NCBI GenBank assembly: GCA_965655095.1
Contig: OZ296648.1
Location: 142,910,001-142,974,000 of the forward strand
Length of the DNA stretch: 64,000 nucleotides
From: Haplodiscus bocki
Taxonomy: Eukaryota
Direction: 5' to 3'
The translations under genes and the position numbers were made by a program. Below the pieces are notes generated by a model. The model was given only the letters and a program-made list of their open reading frames with translations. It did no database searches and was not told the DNA's origin. Below, one piece after another: positions 39,158 through 50,071 of the stretch. The first letter of the stretch is position 1. Each line of letters begins with the position of its first letter.

Positions 39158-39854
39158 GTGGATTCTGATGTGTTCTTTGTGGAACAAATCTCCAATGAGC
39201 CCAGTCCACAACGATACAACTCCCCGAACATCCTTAACTCGACTGAACTATCGCAGAATCATACAGCAGGAACGCCCTCAGATTCCTCGATCGCATTCAC
39301 AGAACCCCAAATTTTGACCATCAATAACATCTCCAATGAGCCCACAATGCCATACGGATTTGGACGGCAGTTCCCAATCGTTCCACCGAGCTTGAATGAC
39401 CTGAACTTGCCGCCCAATCCATTCAACATCCTGGCAATAATGGTGGTGGTAAACCGTATAGAGGATGGAAAAAACGACAATTACAGCCCCCAGTCACCAG
39501 AGCCATCTGATCCATCGCCCATATCAACACCACCCATGAATGTCAGTACATTTAACAGTTGGGGAACACCGCACAGCACAACTGACGACAACCCCCTTCG
39601 ATTCGGAGGACGAGCCACGACGTGTATACTGGACTTCTTCCCTAGATGAAACCTTTTATTCGGAAGGCGAACCCAGACAAATATACCTATTGTCCAGTCT
39701 ATCACCGCCGTCACCCCCTCGCAAGATGAAGAGGAAGTTAGAGATAGGAATGTCCTTTCCAAAAAGAGGGGGAGTGTCGCAACACGTCTGCGAAGCCTGC
39801 GTTCAGACGATCCCCTCAACAAAGGACGTCCCAGGTCCATCAAACAAGGATTAG
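39158..39854 (+). pseudogene. Sense accessory ORF: S/P-rich, probably disordered protein with NLS-like and CxxC motifs; one frameshift near 39595
   Basis: MDSDVFFVEQISNEPSP...TTDDN joins FDSEDEPRR...PPSPPRKMKRKLE...HVCEACVQ...NKD*. The first codon in this copy is GTG. Confidence 0.65.
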
Positions 39855-39951
39855 AACTTTGAAGACATTCAAACTTACTTATGAACTATTAAACTTATGA
39901 ATTCATCCACTCAATTATTTATCGCATCATGTAATCAGTAATTTATATTTA

Positions 39952-40073
39952 GGATACGTAGTAGGTACGTATCCACCTACTATTCATACATGTACTTCAT
40001 GTAGACGATACGTAGTAGTTACGTATAGTCCCATAATGTTTTTTCCATGTAGAAAGCACGTATCCGATACGTG
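39952..40073. other. Cluster of four short perfect hairpins at the 3' LTR boundary
   Basis: GGATACGTA-gtagg-TACGTATCC (39952-39974); TACATG-tactt-CATGTA (39987-40003); ATACGTA-gtagt-TACGTAT (40008-40026); CACGTATC-c-GATACGTG (40057-40073). Confidence 0.9.
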
Positions 40074-40328
40074 TAATCCTGGTGAACTGATCCTTATTGG
40101 GACGGAATAGATACGGAGCAAACGAATATTCACTGTATTTTTATATTATTTTCAGGTGCTCTTTATATAATTAAGGTAACTAATTAATATATAAATCCAC
40201 CTTTAATTGTGCAGTAAGTTATTTATATTGACGGTTTTAACAAGTTTTCAATATTTCGGCTATTAGAACAGAGCTTGACTTTAAAAGTGGATATCTGTTC
40301 CGTATGTGTTCCGTCGTAAATAATCTGG

Positions 40329-40336
40329 TGACGTCA
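40329..40336. promoter_or_regulatory. CRE-like palindrome TGACGTCA in U3
   Basis: Perfect in copies 1 (10971) and 2; TCACGTCA in copy 3. Confidence 0.55.
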
Positions 40337-40933
40337 CAAGAATTTCAGCCAATCCGCTGTGCTTCTACGCTGTTTCACTTTGGACGGACACGGAACGTCT
40401 ACGTAGCTAGCAGAATCATTCTCCTCAGTAGCACTGCGGAAAGCAGTGCTACAAGCGGCTACGTAGTCGCCACGGAACGCTCCGGCCAAAGTGAGGCGTG
40501 AGCTTGTAGAAACGTGGAAAGAGCTAGCAAAAAGCCTATTTTTGTTCCCTACAGTGGTTTAATTGATGCAGCGTTTAAACATGGACCTTTTTAGCATCAT
40601 AAACTTTACTTTTTCATACATTAAACTGTTTTTTCCACTGTACTTTAGTATTTTCCCTGTATGGAAATTTATTTGATCTTTTGTTTATGTTTTTTTTATT
40701 GTGTCGGCGCGGGAATAACCACTTTGATGTCCATTTCCGACGGATCGGACCCGTACTTTTTCCGTCGAAATATGGAAAAGACGCGGTCCGTGAAGGAAGA
40801 AATGGGCGGAAGGGTGTTTATTTCCCGCCAGAGTCGGCATCTTTTCCTTTATAAATATTATGATTTTAGTACTTTTCCCTATTTGTGCCTTTTTTTTGGC
40901 GTGTAAACAATTATGTTTCCCGCCAAGGAAAGG

Positions 40934-40941
40934 TATAAATA
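40934..40941 (+). promoter_or_regulatory. LTR TATA box
   Basis: TATAAATA conserved in all three LTRs (11580, 40934, 47190), 165-190 nt upstream of the LTR ORF start. Confidence 0.75.
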
Positions 40942-41125
40942 GGAGAAATTAAAGTACTATTATTATTATATAAATTGTAGCTTTTCGGTGTTGTACCATT
41001 TATAAAATGACTTGACTAATTGTATTCATCGAAACTCTTTTCCCTCATAATGAGAGGAGATCAACACTATTAATCAAAGATAAAGATCATAATTCAGTCT
41101 TCATCGCTGACAAAACTTTTCCCTG

Positions 41126-41531
41126 ATGGCAACGTTAAGAAATAAGAGGAAACTAGCAGCAATTTTGAGAGAAACACATGAAGGCACTAGAAGCAGTAGA
41201 GCGCAGAACGTACTTGACCGTGAATTAACTCAAGATTACATCTCCCAGGTCTCTGAGGAGATCGAAGGCAGAGTAACTAAGAAACTCTCAAAAGAATTTA
41301 GCAGAACGGAGTCACGTATCTTGGGTGCCTTGTCAAAGCTTGACGAGTTTCTTCTGAACCCACAAGTTCGAACTTGTTCCGCAGCTGTTCCGGGAACATC
41401 CAGGAACAATAATTCAGAAAACCGGGAGACCACTGGGGATCGTTCCTCAGGCGATCCCTACCCCGAAGTGGGGTACTTTTCTCACCACTCTGGTCATCTT
41501 AACAGCCCAGAGGCAGAAATCTACCCTCACA
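41126..41531 (+). CDS. LTR-encoded ORF, putative Gag N-terminus (about 135 codons, open through the LTR end)
   Basis: MATLRNKRKLAAI...YISQVSEEIEGRVTKKLSKEFSRTESRILGALSKLDEFLLNPQVR...YPH. No stop before the terminal CA. Homologous in all three LTRs. Confidence 0.75.
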
Positions 41532-44000
41532 CTTCCCTTTCGATACAAGTCATCGGACACTGTACTAATTTGGTGTAACTTCTATGGTGTCAAGCTGGGG
41601 GATCAGATTCATCCTGTGAAATGTTAGTTTTTTATATTTAGTCAAAATACAGTCTATTTTACAGGGTTCGTTGATGACTTCACTTTAAATTTAGTTATTA
41701 GATATGGCAAAAGAATTCCATCGCTCATCTTATAAAACAAAGATGCAATCCCAGAATGCCTAATTTTGTAACTAGGTTTGTTTTTTTTCCAAAATGGTTT
41801 CAATAAAACTAGCAATTTTCCTGGAAAACGTTGCAATTTCAGGTATACTATACAAGTTTGAAGTATGGCATAGCTGGCTCAAAGTTGAAACTGTTCACTA
41901 GTCAAGTTATAGGAGCCTTTTTCATATGCGGTAAATTAGAAACACTTGTTTTATTCAGGCGGAGAATGGAGTGTTTTCGTGTTTTTGTTTTTTCAAAGTG
42001 AGCCACACAAAATTGCAAAATTGCGCTGTGTCTTCAAAACCATTTGTGAGTTTTCGTTAGCTTTGCAATCAATATGACATGGCCGTGTTGCTTACTTTGC
42101 AGTTCAAGATGCAATTTCCCCAAGAGGAAATATTGTTCTCAAAAAATTTAGACTGGAGGATTAAGAAGATAAAGCCAAATAACCGGCTTTACTTTGGTAA
42201 CTTATTCCAAATGTTGAATTTTATGAAGTCACAAACAAGGTATTAGAAGTGCCAAAAAACGGAAATGAAAATTTTTGATCTCTAAAACGGCTAATATTAG
42301 CAAACAAAGCATTGAATTACTTCAAGTCAACACAGACCGACTGTCCATCATCAAAAAAAACATTTCCACTGAATCTTAAAGTGCGGAACCGATTATGTTG
42401 GGCTCAGATCATGAAATTTGTGTAGCTTATTTGACCGAAAATGGTCAATTTCCACTTTGATGTATCAACTAAAATGCTCAGGATTGAAAAGCGAGATATT
42501 AAATTGCTGAGCCTGTTTTCACGTCTTATATAACAATAGCAGCTATTCTGAAACCTGGAAACTTTTAAAAACCGAAAGTTTAACTATTTAGATCAACTAC
42601 GGCAACACTATCGATGTGAAAGGACATCAACAACTGTTGAAGCCACATTGTGCGGAGGAAGTGTGATTTCAGAATGGAACCTTTATTTATTAATGAACAT
42701 TGGAACAAGACATTTGATTCCGTTACACTCAATAGCAACTGAAAGTCCCAAGGTTTGTTAGAAACAAAAGTTTCTCAAAAATCTTATCTGATTTCTAATG
42801 GTGTTTGTATGATACTTCTGGGATAATTATTGCAGTACTTTGGAGTTTTTGTATCTGCATGTATGAAAATAGGGTTTGGTTTTGCATCACATTTTCCGAT
42901 GTTTTTAATGTCTTAAGTGTCAGGATTCCCCTCACCATCCACTGGCTGCAGTCAAAAATTGGCAGCCCCCAGTGTTTACATTTTAATCGAACATCAACAC
43001 TTTTTGAGAAATTCAACGTATTAACCTTGAGAAAGAAATAAATCTCAAAGATTGTCAATCACCTTGAAAGTGTAAATACTGATGGTTGGGGTCTGCCAGC
43101 TGTTGAGTGTAATCAATAGATCAAGGGCAACTTCAATGTATATAAAATGTAGACAAAAATCGAATTTACGGCATGTAAATGTCGAAACTTGTAATGCAAC
43201 ACCAAAATCCTATTTTACATATAGACGAAAGATATCTCGAGTTCTTTAGAATTGATCCCAAAAGTTTCCAAACACCATTGTAAGCTATAACAAAATTTTC
43301 AGAAATTTTTGTTCCGAACATAACTTGTATTTTTCAATAGCCTTGGAAAAGTATGCAACCAAACGCATCGTTCCGATGTTTATTGTCGAATAGAAGTTCC
43401 GTTCTTCATCACACTACCGTACCGATACACTTTTCGATGAAGATCCCAAATTTTTTGACGCGTCAAGAAAATGTTTCTCTGACTAGACAACAAGGCGCCC
43501 GGCTAATACCGAGATGATTTCTGCAAATCCGAAGAGGGAAGAAACGTTGAAAAGCAGTTAGTCGATCAAAAAAATGTCTGAAAAACTGAAAACTTGAACA
43601 AAAACTCAAAATTTTTCGGTTTTTCTTCAAATTTTTCAGAAATGTAAATTTCCATTAGGACGAGTTTCTTTGGGAAAAACAAACACGGTAAAACAATTTC
43701 ACGTCATCTTTGAGAAAGATTGACGAAAGAAAAATTTTCAAACAGGATTTTTGCTTTATCGTGCCGTTGGCAAATTTCGTGTGAGGAAAACTTGAAGGGT
43801 GAGCTATTGATTTTCAAACCTTGTACAATATATGACCGGAACAATAAAAAACTATGAGCATATGGAAAGTTGCGCTGGGACTTCAAGTTTATCACCCAAT
43901 AGATCAGAAGTACTCCAAAAGACTCACAAAAAAGGCCAGCTCCACCAGCTGTTGAACTCTAGCTGAAATAGGTTATGCTGGGAATGTTGTCATTTTGAAA
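41532..44000 (-). pseudogene. pPolB N-terminal and middle remnants continuing beyond the Gypsy insertion
   Basis: Faint traces: SFGVLL...NFPYAHSFLLFRS (~43.85-43.93 kb), LLFDNKH (~43.39 kb), GIASLFYKMSDGILLPY (~41.7 kb), D..QL...DLYRK at the junction. Interrupted at ~42.4-43.3 kb. Confidence 0.4.
42797..43280. mobile_element. Foldback/MITE-like element with long imperfect inverted arms
   Basis: AATGGTGTTTG...TGGGAT.AATT pairs with AATTGATCCCA...CAAACACCATT. ATGTATGAAAATAGGGTTTGGTTTTGCATCACA pairs with TGTAATGCAACACCAAAATCCTATTTTACATAT. Confidence 0.75.
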
Positions 44001-46285
44001 TTTTCTTGAAAAGCAAACCTAATGGATGGATAGATGGGCGAAGAACGCAATTTCATACGAGTTGAATCAGGATCCAGAAATGGGCAGAAGTAAATTCTGG
44101 AGAGATGAGGATATTCAATGAACATCGGCTTCAGGTATACTCAATATAATTTGAGTACAAAAACCATACTTTTTGCAGTCTGAACTTTTTTCACAATTTT
44201 CGCAACTTCGGAAAAAGCCCAAAAGCTGTAGTAAATCACTGGACCTCATCCATGCAGTTTTTAGGAATACGCAGCAGTGAAGGGAAGTACTGGAGTTGCC
44301 AAATTGCCCAATTAGTACCGAAAGTTTCCAATTTTTCATCCTGTTTCGGCGGAGACAAATCAAAACAATGAAAAACCTTCGGAAAGATTCTCCACTGAAA
44401 ATGTATCTTATGGACTTTTGAAATTGAATTACCCCACTTTTTCATTAGTGCTTTGAGACATAAGCGCATTGCATAACAAAACTGTTGAGGTCACATTGTC
44501 TGCGCAACAAAGAGAGATGAAGAAAAGGCGCCTCAAGCTTTGCGCTTGAACTTGGAGTAAATGCATCCAATACATCTAAAGGTTTCACATAAAAAACTAA
44601 CTCCTCTAGACGTTGCACTCTAACCGAGAGCAGTTACACTCAAAAACAGCCACTTGGGAATACCATTTCATGGGAAATTTTTCCTGAAAATCAAGCCTAT
44701 TCGATAAATATGGGCCCAACACCCAAGTTCGTGCAATTTTAATCAAAACTCAGACACAAATTAACGAATGAAAGTAAGTTCTGGCGCAATGATGTTTGAG
44801 ATACATCGACGTTTTGTGAGCAGAAATAAATCTCAGTAAGAAACCTGTTCCTTCTCTGAAACTTTCTGCTGTTGGAAAGTTTTTCGCCCTACATTAAAAT
44901 CTACGCAAAAAACAGTTCTTTACTAACATGCTCATTCACTTTTGTTGGGACTGTCGTATTGTGCAAGTGAGTGCTAGATGAAAGAACACCTGCCTTTCAA
45001 ACGAAATGCTCTTTCGACCAATTTCGGCAGAAATATTTTCATTTCCTCCGGAATTCAACAGATACTAAACTTCGACTCTAAAGTTATAGATTGTTGATAA
45101 AGAGCCACCAAAAAACCCAATGCTTTGAACTAAGCGGGCAACGAATCAAAGTTTAGCGTAAAGAAAATCGATTAGCTGACTACGAGCTCGACAATATGAC
45201 ACGTTAACAGCTGTCCTATTTTTTTTTGCACAGTCCCTCGGAGGCAGTGGGAAATCGAAATCTTTTGACCTGATTATTGCAGTGTAAAAGGAGCTGAAGT
45301 AATGCTTCCCAGTACCAAAGTTGCAAGAATACCAGTTAGGTAGTACATCATTTCAACTTTGAACGCTTCGCATAAAACGCTTGATCTCTAAGCTGCCTAA
45401 TGAGAGCTGAAAAAAATTGTTCAATGGAAGTTGTCAATCTGGACTAGCTATTTGTAGCCGTTTTTTCTTGAACAGCAAAGACATTTGACAGACCAGCACA
45501 AAATGCAATTTGTTACAAATGGAATCAAGACTCAGATAGGCGCATAAAAATTTTCTGACTAAGCTATGGTACTTCAAAAAAACTGTCGGCTTTTTGTAAA
45601 TACACAATCAAACAGACAAAACGTATTTCTTTCATTTCTTGGCTATCGCAAATTTTTTAAAACTTCCGGAAGTCCTCCGGAACCACTTTATTTCCCTTAT
45701 ACCTCATTAATGCAATTCATATAACTCGCAGGAATTGCTCAGAGGTGATCGTTGTGCAAAGTTGCCAACGTAGAAGTAAAATCTTCCACTTTAACACCAT
45801 GTTTCTGAGGACAGAAAGAAAAACTCGGGAACGTTTATTGCCAATATATCAGCACAAGGTTTAACCGAGTTGCAGAGACAAACTTTAATTCATTCAGCTC
45901 TTTTAACGCTGAGAAAAATTCGCTTTTTGTAATAATTTCTATCGTTTTGACAAACTCTTAAAAACAGAAATAAAAGAGAAAAATAGTAACAAAGTGAACT
46001 TTGTTAGGCTCGCGAAATACGGTAGTCAGATCAAAGATGATTGCCTTGAAAGGCCGCTTCAAGCGTAGTGCATACTTCGTTAAAATCTGTTGTCCCAGAA
46101 TTGAAAAAACACTTGGTGAAAGTTTACACATTTTTGGTTTTTTTTTCAGTCTTTCGCCAAAACCAGAAATGCTGACTTCGCAAAACATCTGCGAAGCGTG
46201 CGGACAACTCTTATCTGAAAAGAGACTTCCCGAGAAACAAAATAAACTCAAAACTTGTCAATTTTTTAGAAGCACTCAGTCAATT

Positions 46286-47784
46286 ATATAATTAACTTAC
46301 AGATCACCCCCGTGCACTGATTCAGATTGGGACGGAACCGTTACCAAAAATAAAACGAATACTCTTTTAGTAAATCTTTCTGATTTTAAGATCTGCTCTT
46401 TTCAAAATTGTTTGTTTTCTTTTAGCATAAATCCACCTTTTAAAAAGAGCTAACGTGGTGTATTATACTTAAATTGACGCAGTTAATGAGTTTGATCAAT
46501 AGCATCTACAGCTAGACGGAAATAACTGTAAGAATGAAAATTTGTTCCGTAAGTGTTCCATCGCCACTAATCTGGTCACGTCACACTAGAAATCAATAAA
46601 ACTGCTGTGCTACTACGCTGTGTTAAAATGACCAAATAGGATAGAGTTCGTATTCTTTCTTTTCACTCATTCAGCATCACTGCTACTAGCAGTGCTGCAA
46701 GTTAAAACGGAGCTGATCTAGAACGGGCCAGTTGAAACGAGGAACTTACTAGTACGAATGAGGAACAGACTAGGTACTCTACTAGTTTCAGCCTAGTTTG
46801 TACCTCAAATTTTGCGCAGTAAGTTGGCAAATAATTTTTCATACTCAAACATGAAATACTGAACTTTTTATTGTAATACTTTTATTTTCACTCATGGAAA
46901 ATTTAATACTTTCTAATTTAAAAAAATCTTATGATGTATTTTTTTTATTAATAGTCATTGGGTCGGCATTGGAATGAACATTTTGATGTCTTTTTTTGAC
47001 GATTTAAGCCCGCATATTTTTTGTCGGACGATGGAAAAGACGCGGCCTATGAGAAGGAAAAAAGATGGAAAGGTGTATGCTTCCTGTCGGAAATGACATT
47101 TTCCTTTTTTGGATCAAAAACAAGTACTGTTCCCTACTTTGTTTCCTGACTTCGTGTGTAAGCAATTGTGTTACGCGCCAAGGAAAAGTTATAAATAGGA
47201 GAAACTAAAAACTACTATTCGGGATCAAGAATTTTAACTTTATTATCAGTTGACTGTTCAGATTGCGAACAGTTGTTCATTTTAAAAGAATCACAATTTT
47301 GTTTTGATGTCGAGTTGAAATAAAAATAACAAAAATTTCAGTATTTACCACTGCTGGGCATTTTCCCTTCAAAAGATAGCAACATTGAGAAACAAGAGAA
47401 TGTTAGCAGCTATTGCTGGAGAAACCTAAGAGTAACATCCCAGAAACGCCAAAAAACGAAACATATCCAATCCTAGAATCAAGGAATACTACATACCCCA
47501 GGTCTCTGAGGAAATAGAAGGCATGGTCACTAAAAAACTGTCCCAGAAGTTCAATAGGCCAGAGTCCCGCATTTCGGCCGGTCTTTCTAACCTAGACGAA
47601 TTTCTGCTGCACCCGCAGGTACGGAAACAATACGGAACCATTCCGGGAACATCCCGGAACAACGAAATGAAAAACCAGGAATCAAACGAGGATCGTTCCC
47701 AGAAAGCTCCTCGTCCTGAAGTGGGGTCCTCCAACTATCTGTCCCATCATTCAGTCGATTCAGACCCACACCAGGCTCCTCACA
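46286..47784 (+). mobile_element. Solo LTR (copy 3), 5' end eroded
   Basis: Same landmarks as the other copies; TATA at 47190; ORF start mutated to ATA (47376); YIPQVSEEIEGMVTKKLSQKF...LDEFLLHPQVR; ends CCTCACA. Confidence 0.85.
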
Positions 47785-49886
47785 GCAGATTCCCAAAAAA
47801 ACAAATCGTGTAGCATTGCTTGTCCTTTGGCTTCACGTTAGACTGTTATACGGACCTGTAAAAACAATAGGAGGACCAATCGAAAGAATGGAGGATTTAA
47901 CAGAGTTTCAAAAGCTTCCCACACTTTTTTGTCGAACTTTCCAAAAAAAAACATTTACACACCCCAAAAAATGCATTCAAGCTGCACGATATTTTTGGAC
48001 AGCCTCTTACAGACAGAGTTAATGCTGCACTCCTTCCAGCCATATGATAACCAGTCAAGTTAAACAAAATCTCCACAAAAAGGAAATGGAAGCCGACTTC
48101 CATGATCTTTTGCGCCCAAAAAAGCGGAATGTTTCCGCAACTAGCTATATCCTCCGGTAATATCACGAAAATCACACAACCTATCAAAATACAATCAAGC
48201 CATATTCAAGCATTCGCCGTGGGAAAAAAATCGAAAAACTTGAAATTTCCGGCTTTTTCTGAAAAGTTTCAGCTAATTCACAGCCAAAGGAAAACATTTT
48301 AGATACTCCTGACGCACGATAAGGTCTACTGTGTTGTTTGCAATTAATCAGGGAGTGATTCAAATGAACAAAGGTACTCCCACGCTTTGCAGGTACTGAC
48401 AATGCCGGAAAACTTGAATTTTTTTGCCATATTTCGAAAAGAGATACTTCCACTAGAACTCCAAACTAGACTTCGAAGATTTGCTTTTAAACTTCACGGT
48501 GTTTTCAGTTTATTTCGCTGATAACTTCTATGCGAAATTTTTCTCGGAAGCCAAAAATTTGGAACATTGTCAATTGTAAGCTTACCGTAGGTGTTTTCAA
48601 AAACCTGGAACTGGAACGCTCCAACCAATACGCTTTGAGATTTAGCGGTTCAAAGTCAAGAAACGCAGATGGCATGTCACAAAACTGGGAGAAAGAAATA
48701 GAAGTTAGAATGAAGTCTAAATTGGCAAAATGTGTGTGGAAAAAGGAGAACAAAAACGACACTATTCACTGAATATTTCTCTTTCCCATAAAAAATATGG
48801 AAGAAGAAAATAAGGAAGAATTGTTAATTTTTGTAAAATTGAAAGATCGGCATTTTTTCCATCATTTCTGGACTATCAAAAATGCCATTCGATTTCGAGA
48901 CTACAGTTTATACAACCAATGTATTCTGGTCATTTTCAGTAGTTTCACTAGAGCTGCATTCCTCTTCATAATTTAACTTCGAGAAGAGTTCAATTTGTAG
49001 AGAACTTTTTGCAAGAAAACATTTTTTTAAATTTTTTAATTGTTGATCCAAGGAAAAGAGAAATTGAACACAACCGGGGTTGACCAGCATACAAAAAACA
49101 GGAAATAAGTACTAAGTGATATATTGTGATATATGGTTGCATGAATGTCATAAACTGTGCATACAAGAGCATGGCATACATGAATATCATAAACTGGCCA
49201 TAATATGGACCAGCGTATGGTTTGCATGTTTTTTCTCAAATCTTGTATGATTCCAGACAAACCATATAATATTGGAACATAGTATGGTGCAGACTATGGA
49301 AAACCTGGAGACCAATTTTTTACTTTTGCATTTCCATACATCGAAAGAGATTCACCAGGATCCATCCCTTCAACTATTTAAACCATAGAGCCCCGTTTTT
49401 TAGACAACTGACAAACCTATTAGAAAACAGAGAAATTTTGAGCATGTGGGAAAAAGCTGGTATATCGACGAAATCAAGAACCCTGAATGACTGCATGAAG
49501 TCCAAAAATAAGGAATTTCTTGGATTTAGGAAAAACATGTACCCACGACATATAGTGTAAAATTGAGAATAAGCATGAGTTCCATATAATGCCTTAATGC
49601 AAAAACAAGAATAATATAGAATGCCACAAGGGAAAACGGTGAAAAGCCTTAGATGACCATAAAGTTAACATTAAATAACATTGAAATCATTAAGTGATCA
49701 TACACGTTTATGGCTGACAGACTTTCTATACTATGACCATTGAAAAAAAAACAGGAATATTATCAAAGGCTGTTTCTTTTGTATGGCCGGTTATGGTGCA
49801 TAGTATGATTTTCATGTCAAGTTAATCCGGGAAAAGAAAGGAATTTTTTTCAACCAGGCTGTTTGTAATTTTCGTTCAAAGTTATT

Positions 49887-49924
49887 AGTATATGATAAAA
49901 TTTTATTGAATTTTATCATATACT
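49887..49924. mobile_element. 38-bp hairpin micro-element with AG...CT ends and a 6-bp TSD
   Basis: GTTATT | AGTATATGATAAAATT-ttattg-AATTTTATCATATACT | GTTATT. Confidence 0.7.
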
Positions 49925-50071
49925 GTTATTAATACATCTATTGGTTTTGAGATTTTCCACTGCAATGCTTCTTTTTAATGCAATGCGTATCGCAACCCAA
50001 GTGGTTATGAAGTTTATAGTGTGACTATTGGAATTTCACCGAAACGGTAAGAGAGTTGATCAACAAACATA

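Larger units (their letters stand above)
27775..41531 (+). mobile_element. Ty3/Gypsy LTR retrotransposon lacking its 5' LTR, with a ~5 kb accessory cassette
   Basis: gag-PR-RT-RH-IN order, then accessory ORFs, then an LTR ending CACA. CTTCC occurs at both flanks (27770-27774 and 41532-41536). Confidence 0.9.
40048..41531 (+). mobile_element. 3' LTR (copy 2)
   Basis: TGTA...CACA termini. Homologous end to end with 10662-12134 and ~46286-47784. Confidence 0.88.
20700..44000 (-). mobile_element. Decayed Polinton/Maverick (adintovirus-like) provirus, interrupted by a Gypsy element, a LINE fragment and a MITE
   Basis: Ordered minus-strand remnants of pPolB, integrase, penton, basic core protein, major capsid and cysteine protease (see individual features). 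TIRs not identified. Confidence 0.75.

Noticed and set aside
35001-39854. env gene
   Set aside because: No signal peptide, fusion peptide or C-terminal TM anchor, and most of the coding is antisense.
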